A stretch of 64,000 nt of DNA, taken from positions 4,455 to 68,454 of the forward strand of contig CAZYTL010000007.1 of NCBI GenBank assembly GCA_964650355.1, given 5' to 3'. A program made the translations under genes and the position numbers. The notes under the pieces were generated by a model. The model searched no databases. It was not told where the DNA came from and saw only the letters and a program-made list of their open reading frames with translations. This DNA is from an uncultured Gammaproteobacteria bacterium (GTDB lineage Bacteria > Patescibacteriota > Microgenomatia > CAYXHB01 > CAZYTL01). How positions within the stretch are numbered: the stretch's first letter is position 1; each line of letters starts with the position of its first letter. Positions 35,492-45,808 of this stretch are shown piece after piece.

Positions 35492-37360
35492 ATGGTAAAG
35501 AAGATTTTAACTGAGATCTTAATATTACTAGCTCTGGTTTTAGTTAAAACGTCAATTACTCCTGTCTCGGTCTGGGCTGCTGATGACTACCAGATCACTG
35601 ATTTTCAAAGTCAGATTATTCTAAACCAGGACACTTCTTTATTGGTGAAAGAAACGATTAAGGTTAATTTCTTGGTGGCCAAGCACGGAATTTACAGGGT
35701 AATTCCTGTAATCTATTCAGCCCAGGGTAAAACCATCAAAGCCGGGTTAACTGATGTGCAGGTGACTGATGGTCAAGGTACGCCTATCCAGGTTGATCGC
35801 AGTCGGTTGGCTCAGAGTATCAAACTGCGCATTGGTGATCCGGATCGGACGCTGACCGGGCCGATGACTTACGTGATTAGCTACCGAATCACGGATGTGA
35901 TCCAGAGATTCGAGGGCTACGATGAGATTTACTGGAATGTAACCGGTTCGGAATGGGACACTCCCATCCCTCTGCCAAAAGCTCAGGTAGAATCCCCTTT
36001 TGCCACGATTATCAAAACCAGTTGTTTTGCAGGCGGATTCGGAACTCAGCAGCAATTTTGTACTAGTCAACATCAACAGAATATTGCAATGTTTGCCAGT
36101 TCCACATCCGTGGGTCAGGGATCTGATTTCACGATTGTGGTTGCCTTAGATTCTCAGAACCAACTACAGTTTCCCGGACCGGTGGAGCAGACGATGAAGT
36201 TGATCATCGATAACTTAGGATATGGATTAGCCTTGCTGCCTTTGTTGATTATCTCTTATTTATGGTACCGACGGGGACGGGACTTTCGGTACGCTAGTGA
36301 TCAAATTTATTATCAGCCGGAAAACGTGGAGCAAAAATTGGTGTCGCCATTTGCCCGGCCCCACTTGCCCATGGTTTATGCTCCAATCCAGGATTTGACT
36401 CCGGCACAAGTGGGCACGATTATTGATGAGAAGGTGGATATTCATGACTTGGTAGCGGAAATAGTGGAGTTGGCCAGATTAAAATATTTGGAGATTCATA
36501 AATTAACAGCTAAGAAATTGCTGGGCACAGATGTTGACTATGCGTTTGTGAAGCTCGAAGGGTCTAAGAGCAAACTGGAACCTTATCAGCAATATCTGCT
36601 AGATAAGTTGTTTACGGATAAACGACTGGAAAAGAGTCAAAAAAGATTTGATAAGTTAGCTAAAGATTCTCAGCAGCAACTTGAACAGGTGATTAAACAG
36701 CGTGATAAGCAGTCATATGTACTGCTTTCTGCATTGAAAGACGACTTTTATAAGGATCTGGATAAATTCCGGAAGCAGCTATACGCCAATATGAAAGATA
36801 AAAACTACTTTGTAGGTAATCCGGAAAAGACCCGCAGTCAATGGTTGGTGATTTATGTGTTGATAATGGCCGCGATGCTGGGATTGGTTTCGTTTTGGAC
36901 CAATTTAACTGCTAATTACTGGCCCTTGATTGTAGGTGCAGTCGTATCAGCCCCGGGCTTGATATTGGCGGCGGCCATGCCCAGAAGAACTGCCTGGGGC
37001 TATTCTTTGTATCGGCAGATTTCAGGTCTGAAATATTTTATTGGTAAGGGCAAATGGCGGCAGCAAATTGCGGAAAAACATTTGTTCTTGGAGGAAACTC
37101 TTCCTTTGGCAATTTCCTTGGGAGTAGTGGATCAATTAGCCAAAGACATGGCCAAACTGGGAGTGGAGCCGCCCAGCTATACCCAGGGATTCACTGCCGG
37201 GGCTTTGGCCGCTGATTTCAGTAAATTTGAATCGCAAACAGGGCAGGTGTTGACTTCATCGCCCAGCAGCTCTGGTCGGTCTTCGTGGTCAGGGGGTTCA
37301 GGTTTCAGCGGCGGATCCTCGGGTGGGGGTTTTGGAGGAGGAGGAGGAGGAAGTTGGTAA
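35492..37360 (+). CDS. DUF2207 membrane protein
   Basis: HGIYR, YWNVTG..W, Gly/Ser-rich tail ending GGGGGGSW. Confidence 0.85.
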   Translation: MVKKILTEILILLALVLVKTSITPVSVWAADDYQITDFQSQIILNQDTSLLVKETIKVNFLVAKHGIYRVIPVIYSAQGKTIKAGLTDVQVTDGQGTPIQVDRSRLAQSIKLRIGDPDRTLTGPMTYVISYRITDVIQRFEGYDEIYWNVTGSEWDTPIPLPKAQVESPFATIIKTSCFAGGFGTQQQFCTSQHQQNIAMFASSTSVGQGSDFTIVVALDSQNQLQFPGPVEQTMKLIIDNLGYGLALLPLLIISYLWYRRGRDFRYASDQIYYQPENVEQKLVSPFARPHLPMVYAPIQDLTPAQVGTIIDEKVDIHDLVAEIVELARLKYLEIHKLTAKKLLGTDVDYAFVKLEGSKSKLEPYQQYLLDKLFTDKRLEKSQKRFDKLAKDSQQQLEQVIKQRDKQSYVLLSALKDDFYKDLDKFRKQLYANMKDKNYFVGNPEKTRSQWLVIYVLIMAAMLGLVSFWTNLTANYWPLIVGAVVSAPGLILAAAMPRRTAWGYSLYRQISGLKYFIGKGKWRQQIAEKHLFLEETLPLAISLGVVDQLAKDMAKLGVEPPSYTQGFTAGALAADFSKFESQTGQVLTSSPSSSGRSSWSGGSGFSGGSSGGGFGGGGGGSW

Positions 37361-37467
37361 TGGGCTTAGGAATAGATAGTCAAACTCTTCAAATCTTTAT
37401 AAATGTCAAACTATTTTTCATCTATGGCAGTGGGATAAAAATGGCTATAATGTAAAATAAAGGTATC

Positions 37468-38493
37468 ATGAATCCTGAAATTCGGATTGTGACGATTGGC
37501 GGAGGTAGCGGGGCGCCAGTGGTGTTGAGAGCATTGATGCAGGCTGGGTTTAGCGATATAAAAGCTATTTGCGCTGCCATGGATACCGGCGGTCTTTCAG
37601 GACGGGTGAGAACAGACGAGCGGGATCGAGTGATTTCAGTCGGGGATCTGTTTCGTAATTTTATGGCTTTGATTCCCGGGCAACATTTGTCAAAACCACA
37701 AGTGCAGGCGTTTTTGGAGTTGATTGATTTTATAGATGGCCGGGGTAGGAATCTAGGTTATACCATTTATTATGCTTTGCTGGAAAAATACCATGATGAT
37801 TTCTTACAGGTGCAACAATTAATCGAGCAATTGCTGCAGATTAAAATGTCCGGGATGGCGATTCCGGTAACTTTGACACCGACGAATATTCACTTTTTGA
37901 CTCAATCCGGGCAGGAATATGTGGGCGAGCACCAGTTGGATTTATATTCCATGTCCAAGGATTTGATCTCTAAGGTGTGGATTGAACCGCGAAGTGAAGC
38001 AACTGATGAAGCTAAGCAAGCTATCCGGCAAGCGACCCATATTATTTATTGTCCAGGAAGCCTGTACGGGTCAGTGATATGCAATTTTTTGCCTAAGGGG
38101 ATAACTGCTGCCCTGGACGTATCCCAAGCCACTAAAATTCTGGTGACGAATCTGGTGTCTACTCGTCACGAAAATCATTATTTCAAACCCTTGGATTATT
38201 GGCGGATATTTAAAAAATACACCCATACCCGAACACCTTTTGAAGTGATGGTTGTGCCGGACGTTTCCCGGATGGAGTTCGAAGAGAAATATCCGAAAGT
38301 GGCTCAGAATTATGATCATGAGCATTCTTATTTCCAAGGATGGGATGATGCTGAATTGCAACGTTTGACGTCCAAAGGAGTTCGAGTGGTAAAAGGAAAA
38401 ATCTATACCATCAGTCCTCAATATAGCCGGATCCGCCATCACCCAAAATCTTTGGCCAAGGTTCTCAAGCCCGTATTGGTTGACAAAGGATAA
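37468..38493 (+). CDS. YvcK/GlmR (UPF0052/CofD-like) protein
   Basis: IGGGSG, DTGG.SG, GE, PGSLY.SV, RH. Confidence 0.8.
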   Translation: MNPEIRIVTIGGGSGAPVVLRALMQAGFSDIKAICAAMDTGGLSGRVRTDERDRVISVGDLFRNFMALIPGQHLSKPQVQAFLELIDFIDGRGRNLGYTIYYALLEKYHDDFLQVQQLIEQLLQIKMSGMAIPVTLTPTNIHFLTQSGQEYVGEHQLDLYSMSKDLISKVWIEPRSEATDEAKQAIRQATHIIYCPGSLYGSVICNFLPKGITAALDVSQATKILVTNLVSTRHENHYFKPLDYWRIFKKYTHTRTPFEVMVVPDVSRMEFEEKYPKVAQNYDHEHSYFQGWDDAELQRLTSKGVRVVKGKIYTISPQYSRIRHHPKSLAKVLKPVLVDKG

Positions 38494-38555
38494 ATAACTA
38501 GATTACCCTTGAAATAGGGATAAGATTATGTTTTTCATGGAGGGAGGTGAACAAA

Positions 38556-39014
38556 ATGAATAAAATTACCCCTTTTATAGGATTTTGGGTGGTTAACTCC
38601 CTACTCATCTATCTGGCTAATCTGTGGTTGCCAAGTAATTTTGTGCTGGGGAATGCCCGATGGTCACCTCTAGTAGCGGTGGTGTTAGCAGGATTAGCGA
38701 TTACTATCATTGTGGTAGTGACCACGTCGGTAAAGATAGTTCTTAATCGAGTGGCCCCGGCATTGGATAGCATGCCATTGACCCTGGTTTACTATTTTTT
38801 TGCTAATTTCGCGGCGATCTGGATCGTGGCCAGAATGGCGGAGATTTTCGGGTTGGGGATTTCCAAGTTCACTTACGTGGCCGGGCTGGCTCTGGTAGCA
38901 GATGTCGCCCAATGGGTGGTGTGGACAGTGCTGGGGCCAAAAGAGTCCATGTCAAAGGCGGCAAAAACTGCAGACGAGGAACCGGATGATGATGAAGACG
39001 AGGAAGGCGATTAG
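38556..39014 (+). CDS. 4-TM membrane protein with an acidic tail
   Basis: SD GGAGGTG; hydrophobic helices. Confidence 0.65.
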   Translation: MNKITPFIGFWVVNSLLIYLANLWLPSNFVLGNARWSPLVAVVLAGLAITIIVVVTTSVKIVLNRVAPALDSMPLTLVYYFFANFAAIWIVARMAEIFGLGISKFTYVAGLALVADVAQWVVWTVLGPKESMSKAAKTADEEPDDDEDEEGD

Positions 39015-39104
39015 ATTCTAGTTACTCCAAGACAGACCTTGGCTTGGTGATCTCTGAGATTGGCTTCAGAAAAGTGTATGATTAACTTAATTAATAATTC
39101 AAAC

Positions 39105-39217
39105 GTTACGCAGTTGTCATTGCGAGTATTTGAAATTTTACCTTTATTAAGTATAAATCTAAAATTTCAACACGTGGCAATCCCGTACGAAATTACGGCC
39201 AAAGTGCGTAACTCCTG
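39105..39217. repeat. Intergenic nested palindromic (REP/MITE-like) element
   Basis: GTTACGCA/TGCGTAAC ends, GTCATTGCGAG...CGTGGCAATC, inner 11-bp stem TTGAAATTTTA/TAAAATTTCAA. Confidence 0.55.
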
Positions 39218-39228
39218 ATAATTGTAAG

Positions 39229-39741
39229 ATGAACAACCGGGTTGTCTGGTTAGTAATTTTTCTCAAATTTTTTCTGCCAATACTTTTCTTGCGCTATCCT
39301 TTTCCTGTTTCATGGATTAACTGGCTGTTGGATACCACTGACGGAGACATCCTGATGCATTTTGGTTTGCAACCTTTTGCTTATCAAACTTGGGATAAAC
39401 TGGCAGATTGGTTTACTTACCTGATGATGCTATTGGTGGGGAGGAAGTGGAGGATCCGGCGAACGATTGTTTTTCTGTTTATCTTCCGCACAGTGGGACA
39501 GATGGTTTATTTTATTACCAGAAGAGACGAGGTGTTCTTTTTCTTCCCCAATTTTTTGGAACCACTGTTCATGCTGTACTCATTATTGATATTCATTAAT
39601 AGGAAACAGGCTTATCGAAGGTACAGAAAATACCTATTACCTTTCTGGACAGTGATCGCGGCATATAAGATGTGGAATGAATGGAATACCCACATCGCCA
39701 AAAACGATTTGTCTCAACAATGGTTTGGGGTTAATAACTGA
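39229..39741 (+). CDS. Hypothetical membrane protein
   Basis: LDTTDGD, YQTWDK..D, FFPN motifs; multi-TM. Confidence 0.65.
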   Translation: MNNRVVWLVIFLKFFLPILFLRYPFPVSWINWLLDTTDGDILMHFGLQPFAYQTWDKLADWFTYLMMLLVGRKWRIRRTIVFLFIFRTVGQMVYFITRRDEVFFFFPNFLEPLFMLYSLLIFINRKQAYRRYRKYLLPFWTVIAAYKMWNEWNTHIAKNDLSQQWFGVNN

Positions 39742-39790
39742 TCAGGAATGGAGACACTGAAAAATTTTGCTGCTTGCATTATTGGATAAT

Positions 39791-39810
39791 ATATTCTATT
39801 CTTTGAATAT
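39791..39810 (+). promoter_or_regulatory. Putative ArsR operator over a leaderless promoter
   Basis: ATATTC-N8-GAATAT directly before the ATG; TTGCAT-17-TATTCT. Confidence 0.55.
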
Positions 39811-40299
39811 ATGTATTCTCAGGTGTTTGATTTGCAAGCCAGATTGTACCGGGCTTTAGGCAATCCGAAACGGTTGGAAATTATTCATCTGTTACGGGAT
39901 CAGGAAATTCCGGTCACGGAAATGGTGGAAATGCTGGATTTACCTCAGGCCAATGTGTCTCAGCATTTGATGGTGTTAAGGGAGCAAAAGTTGGTGAAAA
40001 CCAGAAAGCAAGGAAAGGAAATTTATTACCGGCTTTCTCACCCCAATTTAATTGCGGCGTCCGATTTGGTCAGAGAGTTGTTGATTGATTTACATCAGGT
40101 TAAAGATGATTTGGCCAAAGAATTGCGGTTAAAAATGAAAGAGTTAGTGCCGGTAGTGCACGATCCGGTATGCGGGATGCGATTGTCTCCTAAAACAGCC
40201 GGTTATGCCACGAAATATCGAGGACAAGATTATTACTTTTGCGCCCAAGGGTGTTTAAATAAATTCGAGAATAAACCCGATCATTATCTTAACGGTTAA
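39811..40299 (+). CDS. ArsR/SmtB regulator fused to a YHS domain
   Basis: ALGNPKRLEII...SQHL.VLR; C-terminal DPVCGM...YYFCAQGC. Confidence 0.88.
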   Translation: MYSQVFDLQARLYRALGNPKRLEIIHLLRDQEIPVTEMVEMLDLPQANVSQHLMVLREQKLVKTRKQGKEIYYRLSHPNLIAASDLVRELLIDLHQVKDDLAKELRLKMKELVPVVHDPVCGMRLSPKTAGYATKYRGQDYYFCAQGCLNKFENKPDHYLNG

Positions 40300-40416
40300 T
40301 ATTCGAGTCATTCGGATGTTAATTTGGATCATTGGGATCGCTTTAATGCCGGCTTGAGAGCGATCATAATTTACTAACTCGTCCGAAAGATCCGAATTGA
40401 AGATAAAGAGTCGCTT

Positions 40417-40905
40417 ATGGAAAATAAATTAGTCATCGGAGTCATCATCGGCACAATCGCCTTAATTGGTGGTGGAGTGTGGCTGGCAGGGACCATGAAA
40501 CAACCAGATATCGTGGTTAGCCAAGATGCTATAGCAGAGGTGGAAGAAACCAGTCATGACTGGGGAGCAATTCCTTTGAACGGGGGCAAGGTCAACCAGA
40601 GTTTTACGATCAAAAATACAGGTACTGTCCCACTCCAACTCCATGATATTTTGACTTCCTGTATGTGCACTACAGCCCAAGTGATGATTAATGGTCAGTC
40701 GAGCCCAGAATTCGGCATGCACCAGAAATCCGCCTGGGTAGGGGAAGTCCCTCCCGGACAGGAAGCGCAATTAACAGTCACTTTTGACCCGGCCTACCAC
40801 GGTCCGTCTGGAGTAGGGGACATCACGCGACAGGTAAAAGTGGAAACTAATGACCCGAATCATCCGCAACTGACTTTTAATTTAGCTGCTCAGGTAACTA
40901 ATTAG
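40417..40905 (+). CDS. DUF1573 Ig-like protein
   Basis: N-terminal TM, HDWG, TSCMCT, FDPAYH. Confidence 0.75.
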   Translation: MENKLVIGVIIGTIALIGGGVWLAGTMKQPDIVVSQDAIAEVEETSHDWGAIPLNGGKVNQSFTIKNTGTVPLQLHDILTSCMCTTAQVMINGQSSPEFGMHQKSAWVGEVPPGQEAQLTVTFDPAYHGPSGVGDITRQVKVETNDPNHPQLTFNLAAQVTN

Positions 40906-40906
40906 T

Positions 40907-41656
40907 ATGAATAAACAATCTTTAATTCTGGCTTTGGTAATCCTAGGACTGGGAATCTTTTTCTGGTTGAATAAGCCTACTTCCCAGGTCGACTCAAGCA
41001 CGAATGATGTGATGACTACGGAAAATGCTCAAGTTAAGTCAATTTCTACCCAGGAGTTTGATCAATTGGTTCAAAATTCTAATACCTTTGTTCTGGACGT
41101 TCATACTCCGGAACAAACTCATATTCCTGGAACTGATGCATTCATTGATTACACCAAAATTAATCAAAATCAAGACCAGTTGCCGCAAGACAAAAATACG
41201 CCAGTGATTGTTTACTGTCGCTCCGGGAATATGAGTGCGCAGGCTGCCGAAGATCTGCTGGCTTTGGGATACACTCAGGTTTACGATTTACAAGGCGGCA
41301 CTGATGCTTACAAGCAGTCCGGCAAACAGGCGGTCACTGTGAGCCCGGATACTCAGCCTTTGGGAACGGTGATATACGGAGATGTGCCGGAGACGCAGTT
41401 TATGCTCACCAATTACACGGATAACACTTTACAAGTTACGCGATTGTCCACTTCCTGCGGATGTACCAAGGCTTTTATGGACCAAAAGACGGTGGAGCCG
41501 TTTAGCTCGGCTCCGATCAGGGTGACTTTTAATCCGGCGGTGCACAAAGATGACACTGACCTGGGTGATCTCACCAGAACTATTTATATAGAAACGAATA
41601 ACCCTCAATTTGCTAAACTGGAAACTACTATCACAGCCACGGTGGTGAAAAAATAA
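40907..41656 (+). CDS. Rhodanese + DUF1573 fusion
   Basis: HIPG, VYCRSG; TSCGCT, FNPAVH. Confidence 0.8.
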   Translation: MNKQSLILALVILGLGIFFWLNKPTSQVDSSTNDVMTTENAQVKSISTQEFDQLVQNSNTFVLDVHTPEQTHIPGTDAFIDYTKINQNQDQLPQDKNTPVIVYCRSGNMSAQAAEDLLALGYTQVYDLQGGTDAYKQSGKQAVTVSPDTQPLGTVIYGDVPETQFMLTNYTDNTLQVTRLSTSCGCTKAFMDQKTVEPFSSAPIRVTFNPAVHKDDTDLGDLTRTIYIETNNPQFAKLETTITATVVKK

Positions 41657-41665
41657 GTATTTAAT

Positions 41666-42292
41666 ATGGAGAGATTAAAAATACAAATTAAAAATCAAAT
41701 ATTAGTAGGGGCGATAATATTTTTCGCGGGATTGTTGTTTGCGGGAACGCTTTCTATAGCTCATGCCCAGATGGGAATGATGGGTAGTGTTGACCAATCA
41801 ACAACGGCTGAGCATGATGAGGACCTGAATACGGTTCTGGCAGATATCCTGGCTAAACAGAATAAGCAGACGGCTGATCAACTGGATTGCAGCCAAATCT
41901 CTGACGACGATTTTGAAAGTTTGGGCGATGCTTGGATGGGGGTGATGCATCCGGATCAGGAAGTCCATGAGCGGATGGATCAGATGATGGGCGGAGAAGG
42001 ATCAGCAAGTTTACGCCAAGCCCATATCAATATGGGGAAGAGCTATCTCCGATGTGGAGGTAATTATGGAATGATGGGCATGGGGCAGATGATGGGTGGG
42101 GGAAGCTTTCCTGTGGGGAGAGGAGGTGGAAACCAAATGATGGGATACGGATGGAATGGCGCTAGCCAGATGATGGGCTTTTCCGGTTTATCCGGATTTG
42201 GAGGTATATTTGGGTTAGTGAATGGTTTATTGGTCATGGTGCTGCTGGCAGTGTTGATTCGTTATTTCTGGAATAAAGGAGGGAAAAAGTAA
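41666..42292 (+). CDS. Met/His-rich exported membrane-anchored protein
   Basis: Signal peptide, C...MH...HERMDQMMGG...H..MG...C, Gly/Met-rich linker, C-terminal TM. Confidence 0.7.
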   Translation: MERLKIQIKNQILVGAIIFFAGLLFAGTLSIAHAQMGMMGSVDQSTTAEHDEDLNTVLADILAKQNKQTADQLDCSQISDDDFESLGDAWMGVMHPDQEVHERMDQMMGGEGSASLRQAHINMGKSYLRCGGNYGMMGMGQMMGGGSFPVGRGGGNQMMGYGWNGASQMMGFSGLSGFGGIFGLVNGLLVMVLLAVLIRYFWNKGGKK

Positions 42293-42786
42293 TGAAGATG
42301 AAGGAATTGCAGGATTGGATTTGGGTACTGCTCCGCTTGGCGATGGCCTGGATTATGTTGTGGGCTTTTTTTGACAAGGTTTTCGGATTGGGATATGCCA
42401 CGGCAACCGGTAAATCCTGGTTGGCTGGTAATTCTCCCACTGCAGGGTTTCTGAAAATGGGCACTTCCGGTCCTTTGGCGCTATTATTTCAGTCAATGTC
42501 CGGCAATCCCCTGGTTGATTGGTTATTTATGCTGGGGTTGTTGGGAGTGGGCACGGCTTTGTTATTGGGTATGGGCATGAAAATTGCAGGCTATTCCGGA
42601 GCTTTAATGATGGCGCTGATCTGGATGGCTGGTTTTCCGCCTCAACAAAACCCCTTTCTTGATGAGCACATTGTTTATATTTTGGTCTTCATTGGTTTGT
42701 CTTATTCATCAGCCGGAGAAAAATGGGGACTGGGTAAATGGTGGAAAAATACCGAGTTAGTGAGAAAATTCCCGGTCTTAAGATAG
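42292..42786 (+). CDS. DoxX/DoxD family membrane protein
   Basis: LRLAMAW...WAF.DK, SPT.GFL, NPFLDEH. Confidence 0.75.
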   Translation: MKMKELQDWIWVLLRLAMAWIMLWAFFDKVFGLGYATATGKSWLAGNSPTAGFLKMGTSGPLALLFQSMSGNPLVDWLFMLGLLGVGTALLLGMGMKIAGYSGALMMALIWMAGFPPQQNPFLDEHIVYILVFIGLSYSSAGEKWGLGKWWKNTELVRKFPVLR

Positions 42787-42802
42787 GCCAACAAAAAACT
42801 AT

Positions 42803-43450
42803 ATGAAAAATGTACCCAAAATTATTCAAAGAGCAGAGACGCTACTTAAAGAGCATCCTTATGACGTGGGCCATGACCTGGAACATCACTTAGAAGTCTG
42901 GAAGTTGGCTCAAGATATTGCTAACCATATAGAGGAAAAAGTGGACTACGATGCTCTTCAGCTTGCTGTGATGTGGCATGACGTAGTGACGTTGGAAAAG
43001 TTTGACAATACTTTTAAAGACAGAGATAGGATTACGGAAAAAACGGCTGACGAACTTGAGGAGTTATTAAAAAAGGAGAAATTCACCAAGAGCTTTATCT
43101 CAAAAGTGATTTTGGCGATCCTTCATCATGGTTTTGAAGATCAACAAGTTAATACCGAAGGCGAGATCCTTTATGATGCGGATAAACTATCCGCATTAGA
43201 TGTTACCCGATGGATTAAGCTATTTGACGCTGCCAAAGCAGGGAGACTGAGTCCGGTGTCTGTTGAGGCTTATAAAAAGTCAGGAAAAAAGTGGATCTCG
43301 ACCATGCGGGGCAAATTACACTTTCAATATAGCAAAAACCTGCATGACAGAATGATTAAGGCTCTTTTAAAAGACGAAAAAGCCATTGCAATAGCCAAAA
43401 CTGCCGGCTGGGATCTTAAAAGTGCGGGAACTAAAGCAGTAGGATTATAA
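42803..43450 (+). CDS. HD-domain phosphohydrolase
   Basis: HD..H, WHD, HH, DADK. Confidence 0.8.
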   Translation: MKNVPKIIQRAETLLKEHPYDVGHDLEHHLEVWKLAQDIANHIEEKVDYDALQLAVMWHDVVTLEKFDNTFKDRDRITEKTADELEELLKKEKFTKSFISKVILAILHHGFEDQQVNTEGEILYDADKLSALDVTRWIKLFDAAKAGRLSPVSVEAYKKSGKKWISTMRGKLHFQYSKNLHDRMIKALLKDEKAIAIAKTAGWDLKSAGTKAVGL

Positions 43451-43454
43451 GATT

Positions 43455-44309
43455 ATGGGAGGACAAGTAATTTACCAAGTTTCGTTGATCGCGGCTTTTG
43501 TAGCCGGCATGGTGGCGTTGTTTGCGCCCTGCTGCGTTTCGTATTTGTTGCCGGCATACTTCGGCAATGTTTTTAAGGAGAAAAAGCAGGTCTTGCTGAT
43601 GACTTTCATTTATAGTCTGGGAATTTTCGTGGTGATGCTGCCGGTGGTTTTGGGGGCGAAAACCATTGCCTCTTTCTTTTACGGATTGCACGACCAGGTA
43701 TATTACATCGGCGGGGTATTCATGTTATTAGTGGCATTGATGGCTCTGTTAGGGATTAAAATGCCCCAGCCGAAACTTCCCTGGGCTCCCAAACGCGGCA
43801 CTGATGTGTGGTCAACGTTTACTCTGGGGATTTTTTCCGGCATCACGTCTTCCTGCTGTGCTCCGGTGCTGGTAGGCGTGATTACTTTGAGTTCCCTATC
43901 CCCGACGATAATTCAGTCTTTGGGTGTGGGGTTTGCTTACGTGATGGGCATGGTCACTCCTCTATATTTGGCATCCTTGTTCATTGATAAACGCAATATC
44001 CTGGAAAAGCCGATTCTACGCAAACAAGTCGGTCAGTTAGTTATCGGAGGCAAGACCTATCCACTGATTATTTCCAATGTGATTGCGGCTGTGATTTTCA
44101 CTGTCACCGCTGGAGTGATGTTGATTTTAACTTCAGCAGGAATGCTGGGTATGCCGACAGGCGAATCCCCGATTGTGAAATTCATCAATAATACAGCGGT
44201 GAAAGTCGACCAGTTTACTCATTGGTTACCGGGAATCAATTTGATGTTTGCGGTTTTGGGTGGCTATTTGTTCTATCGGTTGATCGAGCGCATCTTTAAG
44301 AAAAACTGA
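43455..44309 (+). CDS. CcdA/DsbD-type thiol transporter
   Basis: FAPCC..LLPAY and SSCCAPVL in TM segments. Confidence 0.8.
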   Translation: MGGQVIYQVSLIAAFVAGMVALFAPCCVSYLLPAYFGNVFKEKKQVLLMTFIYSLGIFVVMLPVVLGAKTIASFFYGLHDQVYYIGGVFMLLVALMALLGIKMPQPKLPWAPKRGTDVWSTFTLGIFSGITSSCCAPVLVGVITLSSLSPTIIQSLGVGFAYVMGMVTPLYLASLFIDKRNILEKPILRKQVGQLVIGGKTYPLIISNVIAAVIFTVTAGVMLILTSAGMLGMPTGESPIVKFINNTAVKVDQFTHWLPGINLMFAVLGGYLFYRLIERIFKKN

Positions 44310-44342
44310 AAAATTTCGGGGCTTGACATGTCAACAACAATC

Positions 44343-44358
44343 TACTACATTTGTAATA
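44343..44358 (+). promoter_or_regulatory. BlaI/CopY-type operator overlapping the -10
   Basis: TACTACATTTGTAATA; TTGACA-17-TACATT. Confidence 0.6.
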
Positions 44359-44373
44359 CACTAATTGTTGGAT

Positions 44374-44901
44374 ATGCAAACGAAGACACTTTTAATTCTA
44401 TTTACTTCTGCTTTGGTACTGACGGGTTGTTCCCTACTTCCGGCAAACAATCAGACTATGATGCCAGAGAACAACCAAACTTCTACCTCTACCCAATCAA
44501 CTGACCAGGGAATGACTGAAAATCAAGGGGCAATGAATGAGAGTAATGAGGGTGCAATGGAAGACGAAAGCAAAGAATTACCGGCGGGAATGGCTGATGA
44601 AGGCAATCAAGCGGCGGTTGATTATTCATTGGATTTAAAAAATTACAGCTTTACCCCCAATAAAATGACAGCTAGTCCAGGGCAAACTTTGCGGGTGAAG
44701 CTCACTAATGTAGGCGGGTTACATGATTTCGTGATCGATGAACTAAATGTGCGTAGTAATCGCTTGTCCACAGGAGATTCACAAATCGTGGAAATTAAGA
44801 TCCCCCAAGATGCCGCCGGAAAATCGTATGAATTCTACTGCAGCGTGGCGAATCACCGAGCCTTGGGTATGAAAGGCACCTTGGAAGTGACTAATCAGTA
44901 A
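44374..44901 (+). CDS. Cupredoxin-domain lipoprotein
   Basis: Lipobox LTGC; H...FYCSVANHRALGM type-1 Cu ligands. Confidence 0.85.
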   Translation: MQTKTLLILFTSALVLTGCSLLPANNQTMMPENNQTSTSTQSTDQGMTENQGAMNESNEGAMEDESKELPAGMADEGNQAAVDYSLDLKNYSFTPNKMTASPGQTLRVKLTNVGGLHDFVIDELNVRSNRLSTGDSQIVEIKIPQDAAGKSYEFYCSVANHRALGMKGTLEVTNQ

Positions 44902-44997
44902 CTTGGGTAAATTCCTTCTTCTGTACCTGTGTTTTGTAGTCTTTATTTACTGGAGTGAGGCGAGAGAGTCTTTGGGAGATTAATTTTGTCCTAAGCG

Positions 44998-45777
44998 TTA
45001 TTTGGTTTGTTCCAGGGTAATGGTGACTTTTTTCTCAAACTCTACCGGGTCGTTAGAAAAAATTGACACGGTTCTGGTGACGGCACCGACTAAATCTTTG
45101 TGCACGTTCGGATCATAATAAACTCTTAGAATAGCCTGATCGCCTGGGGCAATGGCCACTTGCCAGTCGGTGGGATTATCCTGGCCATGACCGGGCATGG
45201 TAAAAGTCGGACCTTCCTGGCCATGATAAACAATGGCTCCTGAGGTGCACCCGCAGGAAGAGCTAAGTTTGTTGATGACCAAATTTGTTTTGCCCTCATT
45301 GGTGAATTGAAAGTCGGTATGCACTTTCCCCTGCTTCTGGCTAACCGTGCCCAGGTCTCTTTGCGTTTCACTCATGGTAATTTTGGGGGCGTCCGCAGGC
45401 GCCTGAGCAGCCAGGAATTGTTTGATATTCGCCTGGTCAATGGAATAGGTTAAACGTTCTAGCCCGAATTCTTTAGCGGTAGCCAATATCACATCCTGTT
45501 CTGATTTACCCGATTCTACCTGCTGATCAATGTAGTTGGTCATGTCGATCATGTCCTGACAACAGGGTTCCTCTTTGTTTAAAGGCTGACCGCAGCAGGG
45601 GCAAGTGAATTTAGGGTAAATGTCTTTAGCTAGTACGGGTTTAACAATTTGTAAGGCTGAGTGGGCATCTCCTTGAGAGGAAAAGTTGAAGGTGACAGCT
45701 CGTCCGCTGTTGGAGATAATTAACAGCGCTAGGATCAAGGCGGTGATTTTCCAGATGGGGGTGTTAGTTAGCTTCAT
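44998..45777 (-). CDS. Cys-rich (CcmH-like) N-domain + DUF1573 protein
   Basis: CPCC...PCC; SSCGCT; YDPNVH. Confidence 0.7.
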   Translation of the reverse strand: MKLTNTPIWKITALILALLIISNSGRAVTFNFSSQGDAHSALQIVKPVLAKDIYPKFTCPCCGQPLNKEEPCCQDMIDMTNYIDQQVESGKSEQDVILATAKEFGLERLTYSIDQANIKQFLAAQAPADAPKITMSETQRDLGTVSQKQGKVHTDFQFTNEGKTNLVINKLSSSCGCTSGAIVYHGQEGPTFTMPGHGQDNPTDWQVAIAPGDQAILRVYYDPNVHKDLVGAVTRTVSIFSNDPVEFEKKVTITLEQTK

Positions 45778-45808
45778 TTGAAATACGGCGGAGACTTAAC
45801 CATAAATT

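Noticed and set aside
37290-37357. GGA tandem repeat
   Set aside because: It encodes the normal Gly-rich tail of DUF2207.
40300-40398. Nested intergenic hairpin after arsR-YHS
   Set aside because: The stems are imperfect with no recognisable motif or second copy; function cannot be supported.
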